Below are positions 26,885 through 35,072 of a DNA stretch of 55,371 nt, piece after piece. The position numbers and the translations under genes are program-made. Below the pieces are notes generated by a model. The model ran no database searches. It was given only the letters and a program-made list of their open reading frames with translations, and was not told where the DNA came from. The stretch's first letter is position 1; each line of letters starts with the position of its first letter. The stretch spans positions 67,246-122,616 of the forward strand of contig JAZKIQ010000001.1 of NCBI GenBank assembly GCA_040384765.1. Direction: 5' to 3'. Origin of the DNA: Patescibacteria group bacterium. Lineage in GTDB: Bacteria; Patescibacteriota; Minisyncoccia; Phycocordibacterales; JBBUBG01.

Positions 26885-27633
26885 AAACAAGAAGGTAGAC
26901 ATCCGAGAGAATAATAAAACTCTGGATCGTTGCAGTGATCGACAGGTCATTGCGGGAATACTGGCAGGGTGTGGAGGCTTTTGCTTTCCGCGATTCCAAT
27001 CCGCCTGCTGGAGCCATTAAACTGGAATCCTCTCCGATGCGGCTTCGACAGCACTCGAAGCTCCCGGGAATGAGAACGTGACTGCGGTCGTGTTCTCCTC
27101 CTTGGTTGGAGTGAGCAACTTAAGGGAACCGAACGCACCAGCTGGGCCGACCCCTTCCGTAATACAGATGACTCCACCCGAAACGTAAGTCTCGCAAGAG
27201 CAGAATAGGTCCGAGTGTACACATAACGTAGCTGGAGGGTCTGCCCGGTAGAAATACCAGAAGGGAGTACAGATCTGAGAGAAGTCCGCAGGCAATACGC
27301 CGCAGGAGACATGGTCAAAAAACCTATTAGAACGGCTATTCTCTCCTTCTTGTCCCGGTAAGCTGGTTCTTGAAGGAACCAGCAGGATCGTTACCATTTC
27401 GATCGATTATTTAGAAGAAAAGAATGTTACCGATGATACCCGCAAGAACGGTAACCGCACTTCAGCGAGACTGACAAGCGGGTTACCCAGCAACTGCGGT
27501 TTCCTGAAAATATTCAACCCATTACTCGGTAGCCCCGGTTTCTGTACTATCTGATATCACTTTTCAGCGATTATGAAGAAAATGGGGTGTACTCTGCCCA
27601 AAACCAGAAGGCACCCTCACTCAAGCCACCACC

Positions 27634-27885
27634 ATGAATACACATCACCCAGGAACAGGAGCAAAACCAACTAGATCAGCATCTCCCGTAGCATGCAAAT
27701 CATGTGGAGCACGCACTACACGCTTCACTCGAAGCAAGGGGACAGTAAAGCGGGAAATCAGAAAAAGCACCTACTTCTACCGCTACTACGATCGATGCAG
27801 ATGCGGAAAAATGTGGATGTACGATGAAGCAAAGATGCATCCAGATAACCCTGAATATGAATCGTGGTTCTGCGATTCCCAGTAA
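27634..27885 (+). CDS. zinc-ribbon protein (architecture reminiscent of Ogr/Delta-like factors)
   Basis: CKSCGARTTRFTRSKG...YYDRCRCGKMWMYDE gives CxxC followed about 30 residues later by CxC. Confidence 0.45.
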   Translation: MNTHHPGTGAKPTRSASPVACKSCGARTTRFTRSKGTVKREIRKSTYFYRYYDRCRCGKMWMYDEAKMHPDNPEYESWFCDSQ

Positions 27886-27937
27886 CTTCCGTAGCACTTG
27901 TCGAGGTGTAACCGTGGACTTTGATATCCTTTTACGT

Positions 27938-28522
27938 ATGCCTATAGATTTTGTAGAAAATAGTTTTACTCTCACACCCAAAAGCCTGATGCAGAACATG
28001 CATCAAGGCCGGAAAATTCAATTCGCAACAAACGAGAAGCAGCTAGATATCACCTGCTGGCTTGAAAACGCAAGTGGTCCATCTCTTGTCGCGGTGAGCA
28101 TTAATGGCCATGCGCCTCAGAGTCTCCAGGTTGAGTGGGAGCAGATCACGTATGGCGAAAGAGCTTACTTTCGATGCGACTGCGGAAGCAGGGCAACTAA
28201 GTTGTATCTGCCGCCCAATGGCCACACCTTCAAGTGTCGCAACTGTCATGGTCTCCAGTATCAACTCTCCTCTTTTAATCGTCACTCTGTGGCTGGAGTA
28301 GCTTTGTATCGCATGAACCGGCTTCAGAAGCTCGCGAATAGCCGCGCTGACATCGGAAGAATCTTATACAAAGGCAGCTACACTAAACGCTTTGAGCGGT
28401 TCCTCGGACTGTGTGATCGAGCTGGTCTTGATTCCATTGTTCGAGGTGCAAACGACCTTAAAACACTGATTGAGGGCAACGATTCTAACCAAAGCAGAAT
28501 ATTTAGCGGAAGTCGTAGATAG
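27938..28522 (+). CDS. hypothetical zinc-ribbon protein
   Basis: AYFRCDCGSRATKLYLPPNGHTFKCRNCHGLQYQLSS. ATG at 27938 avoids overlap with the preceding ORF. Confidence 0.5.
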   Translation: MPIDFVENSFTLTPKSLMQNMHQGRKIQFATNEKQLDITCWLENASGPSLVAVSINGHAPQSLQVEWEQITYGERAYFRCDCGSRATKLYLPPNGHTFKCRNCHGLQYQLSSFNRHSVAGVALYRMNRLQKLANSRADIGRILYKGSYTKRFERFLGLCDRAGLDSIVRGANDLKTLIEGNDSNQSRIFSGSRR

Positions 28523-28550
28523 TCCTGATTTCAGAGTAAAGAAACACTAC

Positions 28551-30269
28551 CTAAGCAGGCTCCTCGAATTTCTTGAGGAATGCATTCATGGCATCTGCAA
28601 TTGCCCGTCTTCGATACGCGAGGAAGTTTCGGTAGTTGCTGATCTCCCAAAGACTCCTGTCGATCGGAATAAACTGTGAAGAAAGTGCCTCTTCTGTCTG
28701 CTCAGCAACAATCTTCTCCATATACTCCTTTGGCTCTTTGTTGGTGATGGTCCTGTTTGCCTTGCCTCCAATAAACGCCATGTTGGCAATCTCATTCACC
28801 TCTTTCTTGTCGTAGTCCTTAAGCAGCGACTTCGGGAATATGTGATGATACTGGATCGTGTGGGCATTTCCGGTGTGCTTGTCAGAAAGTCGCAGGCCTG
28901 ACCACCAGTCTTTAACCCCGTCGTGCTTAAAAATGAAATAGAGCAGTGAAAAGAACGGGCTACGAATGCCTCGATTAGCGAGATCATCATAGTCAACGTG
29001 AATCTTCTTTACATGGAGCTGAAGCTGGATGACCAGTTCATCTAACCCCTTGTTTCTAAAGAGAGTTCCAAGATCAGCATCAAGGATCGATTCAGAAGAA
29101 CCCATACTGTAGTGCCCTCGCATGTGAGCAATGAAGAGCCACCGAAGCAGCTTCTTTTCTTCGCTTGGTGTTAGGGACTCCCCTTCTTTCAGCACCCAAT
29201 AGACCGCAATCGGAATAATGAGAAAAGGCGAAGAAAGATAGGTGAGATTGTCGACACCTGCATTCTTACTCACGAAGTTAATGGCGAAGCGCAAACCATC
29301 GCCCGCGAGCTTCCACGATTCTTCAAGCTTTTCTCTGCTTACCTTATTAATAGTTTTGAAACGGCTCTGCTTAGTGGCAAAGATGGTCATAAGGCGCACC
29401 GGAAGCCCTGTTTCGAGAATATAGTCCGCATCATGGCCAAACTCTGCAGACAGCTCTTCTACTTTATCCATGAAGCCCTTCCACTTGGAGGTGATCTGAG
29501 CCATAGCAAGATCAGTACCGCGTAGCTTTATGCCCAGAGAGTTCACCCGCACAAAGATCTCAGTCACCTCTTCGTATGACATGGTGGCCGGAAGAATCTC
29601 CATCGTGTAGGAGTAGTCTCGAATCTTGCGAATCTTTGCGAGCCTATCGGAGTACTTCTGATAACGGGGATCAGCAAGTGAGGTAATACCTGTAGCTTGC
29701 AGTATCTCGCTTGGGTCTTTTTTGAAAATATCTGAAACAGGAACCCACACTGGATCATTCTTGAGAGAGCGGCTCTCTACGACAAACGTACGCTTGCGCA
29801 TCTCTGTCTGAATGTCCCGTTCTGCGTTCTCTTCGTCCTCTACGTCCTCAATATCGGCAGTAAAATCAAGGTCATCTACCTCGGTGATATCGACTGGTGG
29901 CCCATCGGGGTGCTCGAGATTAAAAAGGATGTCGATGGTCTTCTGACGGTTTTTGCTCCGCACATGCACAGGCTCGCCGCTCACGATCGCTGAAAGTGAG
30001 GTTACGCGCTGCTGGCCATCCAAGAGAAGAAGCTTTTGAGATGTGGTCGGCGTTCTCGTAGCATGTACCGCAAGCTCGCGCACCGGCATATCTTCGTCTG
30101 TTTCCCATACCAAAATAGTGCCGGAAGGGTAGCCTCGATACAGAGAATCGAGAAGATCACGAACACGAGTCGCAGGCCACACATAGCGGCGTTGCATTTC
30201 AGGAAGCGTAAGCTCGCCTCGTTGCACCTTATCTACCAACTCACTGACCTTTATGTTTGTTTGAGCCAT
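28551..30269 (-). CDS. GmrSD-family type IV restriction enzyme (DUF262 plus DUF1524/HNH-like)
   Basis: N-terminal ELTLPEMQRRYVW and LLLLDGQQRVTSL (DGQQR motif). C-terminal HTIQYHHIFPKSLL...NEIANMAFIGGKANRTI. ATG at 30269 lies 10 nt after the upstream stop. Confidence 0.8.
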   Translation of the reverse strand: MAQTNIKVSELVDKVQRGELTLPEMQRRYVWPATRVRDLLDSLYRGYPSGTILVWETDEDMPVRELAVHATRTPTTSQKLLLLDGQQRVTSLSAIVSGEPVHVRSKNRQKTIDILFNLEHPDGPPVDITEVDDLDFTADIEDVEDEENAERDIQTEMRKRTFVVESRSLKNDPVWVPVSDIFKKDPSEILQATGITSLADPRYQKYSDRLAKIRKIRDYSYTMEILPATMSYEEVTEIFVRVNSLGIKLRGTDLAMAQITSKWKGFMDKVEELSAEFGHDADYILETGLPVRLMTIFATKQSRFKTINKVSREKLEESWKLAGDGLRFAINFVSKNAGVDNLTYLSSPFLIIPIAVYWVLKEGESLTPSEEKKLLRWLFIAHMRGHYSMGSSESILDADLGTLFRNKGLDELVIQLQLHVKKIHVDYDDLANRGIRSPFFSLLYFIFKHDGVKDWWSGLRLSDKHTGNAHTIQYHHIFPKSLLKDYDKKEVNEIANMAFIGGKANRTITNKEPKEYMEKIVAEQTEEALSSQFIPIDRSLWEISNYRNFLAYRRRAIADAMNAFLKKFEEPA

Positions 30270-30279
30270 ATCTATCTTT

Positions 30280-30834
30280 CTACAAGTAATAATCAGAATC
30301 AGCCACCCGCTCATCTATCATTTCCTTTTGCTCACTTGTGGGCGCATCGGCTTCGCACAAGGTTCTTAAACCCATATCTCCACCGTCATCTGCATCGAGT
30401 CGATATACCCATGCCCAAAATACCTTATACGGCTTATCTATGAAAGTGACATACGCCTGAACTCCGCCATAGTCATTATCGGAAGCATCCAAAACAACGA
30501 ACTTGCCGATATAGCTATCTTTAGCAAAATTATTGAGGCCACACTTCATCGTATCACTCGAAGCCTCAAGAGCACTTTCCTCAAAGCCAACATTGGTCCC
30601 GTCCAAGTATCCATCTATCGCTACACGAATTTGTTTGATGTATGCACTGCTATATATCTCTTCATCTGTGGGGGTTTTCCCGATTCTGGGAGGATTCTCC
30701 GATTCGAGATGCTTTATGGCCTGCATGACCTGATCGATATCTAACGTGCGAGATTCTGGTTTGACCTTGAATTGAAACCAATAAGCAGCAAGTCCCAATA
30801 TGACTACCGCTCCTAGAATAGTGTATTTTTTCAC
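30280..30834 (-). CDS. membrane-anchored hypothetical protein (N-terminal TM, about 160-aa external domain)
   Basis: MKKYTILGAVVILGLAAYWF. A 4-nt overlap links it to the upstream gene. Confidence 0.5.
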   Translation of the reverse strand: MKKYTILGAVVILGLAAYWFQFKVKPESRTLDIDQVMQAIKHLESENPPRIGKTPTDEEIYSSAYIKQIRVAIDGYLDGTNVGFEESALEASSDTMKCGLNNFAKDSYIGKFVVLDASDNDYGGVQAYVTFIDKPYKVFWAWVYRLDADDGGDMGLRTLCEADAPTSEQKEMIDERVADSDYYL

Positions 30835-31211
30835 TCTCTGTTTAACATAAGTAATAATATAATTACTGCGATAAGAGCTATAAATCCCTCGAAAAGAGAT
30901 CTTGAAAACAACACAACCAAGATGACTAGAGTAGCGATACCAAGTAGCACGAAAAGTATCTTGAATAGTTGCTCTCTTAGATGAGAGCGGACAAAAGCAC
31001 TACTTTCATAGTAGATAGATTCCAATAGCACTATAAATATAAAATCGAGAATACCGACTCCCAAGCCAATCCAAATACCGCCATTTACCAAGGCAGCGAG
31101 GAATACGATAAGGCCTACTGTTTTTATGATCGCCAAAGAAGTTGCCTCTTTCTTCGCTCCGCCTTTGGCAGATTCGGATTCTTTTGGCTCAGGTTTTTCT
31201 TTGTGTTCCAT
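30831..31211 (-). CDS. hypothetical integral membrane protein (about 4 TM)
   Basis: A Lys/Glu-rich N-terminus is followed by four hydrophobic segments. Confidence 0.5.
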   Translation of the reverse strand: MEHKEKPEPKESESAKGGAKKEATSLAIIKTVGLIVFLAALVNGGIWIGLGVGILDFIFIVLLESIYYESSAFVRSHLREQLFKILFVLLGIATLVILVVLFSRSLFEGFIALIAVIILLLMLNRE

Positions 31212-31247
31212 ACTAATGCTCTACCTCAGAAATAGAGGAGTTTCTTT

Positions 31248-32114
31248 TCATGATAATTTCGCTGCGCGATAACGACTGCTGCTCGTCTGGTCGTGGTGCG
31301 CCCTGCAGAGCGGAGCGCCATTGTTCACGTCCCATAGAATCATACACTCATATGCCTGCATTACTGTTGTTATCCCATATCGCTGGATAATTGCATAGAA
31401 CGACATGTATCGGTGGTCGATCTCTACATTTTCGCTTGATCCGCAAACGATGCAGTTTCGGCCATACTTTTCAAAAACGCCTTGTCGCCAGGCGGCATAC
31501 TGCGGCATGTGCTCAATCTGTCTGCGTAACTCCACATATGCCGCCTTGCGTCGCTCTTCCGCATCGCGACGCATGTATGCCGCATCGATCTGCTTTTGCC
31601 CTCTCTCGGCTCGCTTCTCCGGAGTGTTCTCTTTAAGGATAAGGTGCACAATCCAGCCACCTACGAGAACCACGAAGAGCGGAAATACGAAAAAGAATGA
31701 GCCCAGCAAAATGACTCCTATGAAAATGACTACGGGCCAACTGTGCGGCTCCTGCTGAGCCTTCGCGGGTGCTTCATAAAAAGATGCGCTTGGCCTCTCT
31801 CGGATACGAGGCGGAGGTGAAAAAGAGTTTATTTTTTCTTGTTCAACCTCCCCAGTCTTCTTTTCTTCCAACGATTTCTGATACTCTTGCGTTCCCTCTT
31901 CCATCATTCGCTCTTCTTTTTCTCGCACCGCAAGAATACCTACATTGAGAGCTGTATCGTTAAATGGATGTTCGTCGGGAATCTCTCCTTCTCCTTCTTC
32001 GGCAAAGACTAGCTGTTGTTTGAGCGTGGGATCATCCTCTGCCCACTCCGCTTCCTTGAGCTCAAGGTAATCGCTTCCAATGTCCTGATCTTCATCGAGG
32101 TCCATCATGGGCAT
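31248..32114 (-). CDS. membrane-tethered HNH endonuclease
   Basis: An acidic N-terminal region is followed by TM segments WPVVIFIGVILLGSFFFVFPLFVVLVGGWIVHLIL. The C-terminal HNH reads CIVCGSSENVEIDHRY...NNGAPLCRAHHDQT. The start is uncertain (ATG 32114 or 32282). Confidence 0.65.
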   Translation of the reverse strand: MPMMDLDEDQDIGSDYLELKEAEWAEDDPTLKQQLVFAEEGEGEIPDEHPFNDTALNVGILAVREKEERMMEEGTQEYQKSLEEKKTGEVEQEKINSFSPPPRIRERPSASFYEAPAKAQQEPHSWPVVIFIGVILLGSFFFVFPLFVVLVGGWIVHLILKENTPEKRAERGQKQIDAAYMRRDAEERRKAAYVELRRQIEHMPQYAAWRQGVFEKYGRNCIVCGSSENVEIDHRYMSFYAIIQRYGITTVMQAYECMILWDVNNGAPLCRAHHDQTSSSRYRAAKLS

Positions 32115-32390
32115 AAAAAAATCCCTAGCTGGTAAAGGCTGGGAGGGTGAAGGTCTAGATAGACATTGAGCCCCGGTCCAGCCGGACCCCTTGCGGGATC
32201 CCATACCCCTTTCGAGATATGACCAACAAAGATGGCTGAACACGGGGCTCAGTATCTTTGTTGGATTTTCAAGCCATGCCACCGCAAAAGCGATGGTTTA
32301 GGCTCTACTCCTTTCGGAGTTCATATTTAGTTGTATGACGATAATAGCACTTCTTTGGGAAGTGCTAAAGACCTCTTAGTGAGAGGAGCG

Positions 32391-34865
32391 CTAATTACTT
32401 GCGGGCTTCTTTTTTAGGTTTATGTTCACAGACCCACAGGCACACCTAAGTGAATCGAGTGTTTTTGGCGCAGTAAACGCAAGATAATACAAGCCCTTGC
32501 AACCCTCTTGATCGCAGCAAAAACTTTGTACCAAAACATGAAAAGCTTCTACAACGTGAGTAAAATCCGCAACGTGAAAGTTTGCCCATTCGTTGTAATG
32601 GATCGCCGGATTTATGAGCCACTGATCAGCGTTAGTTGCACTGAATGCTTCGGTGATTGCTTTTTCTTTCTCTTCGATTTTTTTAACATCCTCCGCGTGC
32701 CCCCAGGATTCTGCTGCCTTTTTCCCATCCGCAAGAATCTTGCGCAAACTCGCCACTGAAGGTGACAGAATGTCTCCGAGTTCATAGCGACCATCTCCTC
32801 TGAATTCAACACGAGCGCGAAGATGGTGAGCTATGTCTTTGAAAAGATACTCTGAATAGTATCTCAATATACCCGCAGCGCTTCGAACATCGTCTTTCTC
32901 AAGAGCAGAAGCTATTTCAGTCCACACAGCACGGTTGCTCCATTCTGTAGGTCCATGATCGGGAGTCCAATTACTAAACCGAGTAGAGCCTGTATCTCCA
33001 ATCAAGCCGACGCTTCCCATGTGCTTCAACCAGACTTCATCATGAGTCGTCAGTACAAATTGCGTATCAGGAAACCGTTCCTTGAGGAGCTTGCAAACTT
33101 CACGACGATGACCAGCATCAACAGACATAAGTACGTCATCGAGTACGGCAAAAGTGAAATTTTCGCCTTGAAGTCGTTGCATAAGGGCTAGATACAAACA
33201 AAGACCCATACCATCCTGATGCCCTTCGCTGTGATATGCCCCTGGAGGAAAATGTCCACGACCATAGAAATCAACGTCGAAACCGACCTTGCCTGTTGAA
33301 GGAATTAATTTTGCACTAAACTCACTCTCATCATCACTATTGATTGATCGGTAAAATTCGCTGAACTCTTTTTCTACCTGTTTATAGACGCCAGAAAGCA
33401 CTTTATCCGCCTCTTCGGCATATATGTCATAGACACTTTGAGCTAGATCGGCATGCTCGCCAGACTTTTTTAGTCTTCGCATGGCTTCACGATATGTTTC
33501 TAGACGATCGTGACAGAGAATGAGATAGTCTCTTGCCGCTTCCTGCTGACTAGGTTCTGGAATCGCAACCAGAGCCGCATCGATTAGACGGAGAACCTCA
33601 TTAAAGTCTCCAGGTATCTTACCTACCTCTCCTAGCGCGAGCAGTGTTTCGGAAAGAGGAAGAAAGGCCTTAATTTTTCTTGCCTTCAAATCAAGAGCTG
33701 CCCTATATGTTGAAAGATGCACAACCTGCTCCGGAGTAATAATTTTTGCGTGCTTTTCCAGTGCAAAGAGAGCTGTACGCATGCGATCGAATAGATCCGT
33801 AATCGGCTCAAGTCTCCTCTCGAGAGCACTTCGTAATTTACCCGTCTCTTCAAACACCTTGAGCTTACCCTCCACATTTGCACGCAAAGTTGGAATGTCC
33901 CACGGAGTATCGCAGACGGGACAAAGTGGTTCAACAATAAGAGGCAAGGTCGCCCGCAAAAATTTCTCCCTCGATACACTATCAAGAAGAGCTGGGTCTG
34001 CGTTAAGTGCAGTAAGTTGAACATGCAAATCGGCACATTCACCTGTGATACCCGGATCTATAAGTCTGCCCAAGAGGTCTTTCGTCGTTTTTAAATCGGC
34101 CAAAGCCTCGACCTTATTTATTTTTGGTATAGCTGCGCCTTTCGCACCAGTTTTGACTCCATCATGCAGAATCGTTGTATTCGTAAGAGTGTCGATCGGA
34201 GCTAGGCCAAGAATCACTCGACGAATATTAACGGCCTCAAGAAGCTTCTCGGGCTTCAGTTCTGGAATCTCAAGTCCCTTTGCCAACGACTCCCGCGCCT
34301 CGTCTGCAGCTTTTTTAGCGCCTATTTTCTCTTTATTACAAGTATTGCTAATCGTTTTCAGGGTACTGCGAAGATCACCCAGTTGATCCAGCCGCAAAAG
34401 AGCCTGGATCTCTTCTGAGCGTTTGCCTGGTTGAGCAAGTACGTAGGCAATCAGCTCACGCCGAGAGAGCACAAACTCCGGGCGGTCTTCGAGCAGGTCA
34501 AGAACTCCCAGAACATCCGGAGTATTGGGAGTAACTAAGGGATTATTGGGATTAGCAACACTTCTTTCAAGACGAACCCTCTTGTTGCCTAGAGATGGTA
34601 TACGTAATTCGAGAATCACTTTTGCTTTCTCCGGATAGTCTCGACTATCCACATGGGGAGCATGCTTCCGAAGCGAAATGCCACCTGTTCCCTCACCTCC
34701 AAGACGAGATATATTGCCGGTCAAACCAAATTCAAGGGCATCAACAACACCACTTTTTCCAGTGCCGTTAGGACCCGAAATTGCAAAGTTCTCACCTTTG
34801 AAGTTTAGGGGGAGATTACGAATACCTCGGAATTCTTCTATCGTGATCTTGTCGACCAGAATCAT
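32391..34865 (-). CDS. Rad50/SMC-like ABC ATPase with a coiled-coil CxxC zinc hook; RloC/PrrC-like candidate
   Basis: Walker A GPNGTGKSG, signature-like HSEGHQDGMGL, Walker B FAVLDDVLMSVD and H-loop VLTTHDE. Roughly 400 aa between Walker A (aa 31-39) and the signature motif (aa ~545) has a heptad-like helical character by eye (no coiled-coil prediction run), with LCPVCDTPW near its middle (nt 33912-33923). The C-terminal domain has LRYYSEY (R-x3-E) and a terminal CCDQEGC...CAC cluster. Confidence 0.6.
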   Translation of the reverse strand: MILVDKITIEEFRGIRNLPLNFKGENFAISGPNGTGKSGVVDALEFGLTGNISRLGGEGTGGISLRKHAPHVDSRDYPEKAKVILELRIPSLGNKRVRLERSVANPNNPLVTPNTPDVLGVLDLLEDRPEFVLSRRELIAYVLAQPGKRSEEIQALLRLDQLGDLRSTLKTISNTCNKEKIGAKKAADEARESLAKGLEIPELKPEKLLEAVNIRRVILGLAPIDTLTNTTILHDGVKTGAKGAAIPKINKVEALADLKTTKDLLGRLIDPGITGECADLHVQLTALNADPALLDSVSREKFLRATLPLIVEPLCPVCDTPWDIPTLRANVEGKLKVFEETGKLRSALERRLEPITDLFDRMRTALFALEKHAKIITPEQVVHLSTYRAALDLKARKIKAFLPLSETLLALGEVGKIPGDFNEVLRLIDAALVAIPEPSQQEAARDYLILCHDRLETYREAMRRLKKSGEHADLAQSVYDIYAEEADKVLSGVYKQVEKEFSEFYRSINSDDESEFSAKLIPSTGKVGFDVDFYGRGHFPPGAYHSEGHQDGMGLCLYLALMQRLQGENFTFAVLDDVLMSVDAGHRREVCKLLKERFPDTQFVLTTHDEVWLKHMGSVGLIGDTGSTRFSNWTPDHGPTEWSNRAVWTEIASALEKDDVRSAAGILRYYSEYLFKDIAHHLRARVEFRGDGRYELGDILSPSVASLRKILADGKKAAESWGHAEDVKKIEEKEKAITEAFSATNADQWLINPAIHYNEWANFHVADFTHVVEAFHVLVQSFCCDQEGCKGLYYLAFTAPKTLDSLRCACGSVNINLKKKPASN

Positions 34866-35062
34866 GAGTCCGTGTTGTTATCGGAAAAGAGAGCATTTTT
34901 TATTGTGGGCTCTGAAACAGTCCCCTTCTCAATAAGAGCTTTTCTGAGACGTGAAATCACATCTACAGGAAAACTTTTTTCTTCTAACGCTTTCAAAAAG
35001 GCCTCAAATGCCTGCTTGGGGACACCGACAACAGGACGACCTGATTCTTGTTCTTCTTCCAT
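34862..35062 (-). CDS. small hypothetical protein coupled to the ATPase
   Basis: The 66-aa ORF has a stop that overlaps the ATPase start (ATGA). It lies 10 nt downstream of res. Confidence 0.45.
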   Translation of the reverse strand: MEEEQESGRPVVGVPKQAFEAFLKALEEKSFPVDVISRLRKALIEKGTVSEPTIKNALFSDNNTDS

Positions 35063-35072
35063 GATGGTAGTT

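Noticed and set aside
26947-27397. Two overlapping minus-strand ORFs (123 and 126 aa) in the 1.1-kb spacer.
   Set aside because: They are in different frames over the same DNA. One is R/S-rich and the other C-rich, with no motif. I treat them as non-coding or decayed. A frameshifted pseudogene is not excluded.
26507-27633. Retron, group II intron or bridge-RNA-type explanation for the spacer.
   Set aside because: There is no reverse transcriptase, no IS110-type transposase and no domain V-like sequence in the window. Weak word-level resemblance to group I intron cores (GAGAGAAGTCC, GAGACATGGTC) is not enough without a P3-P8 model.
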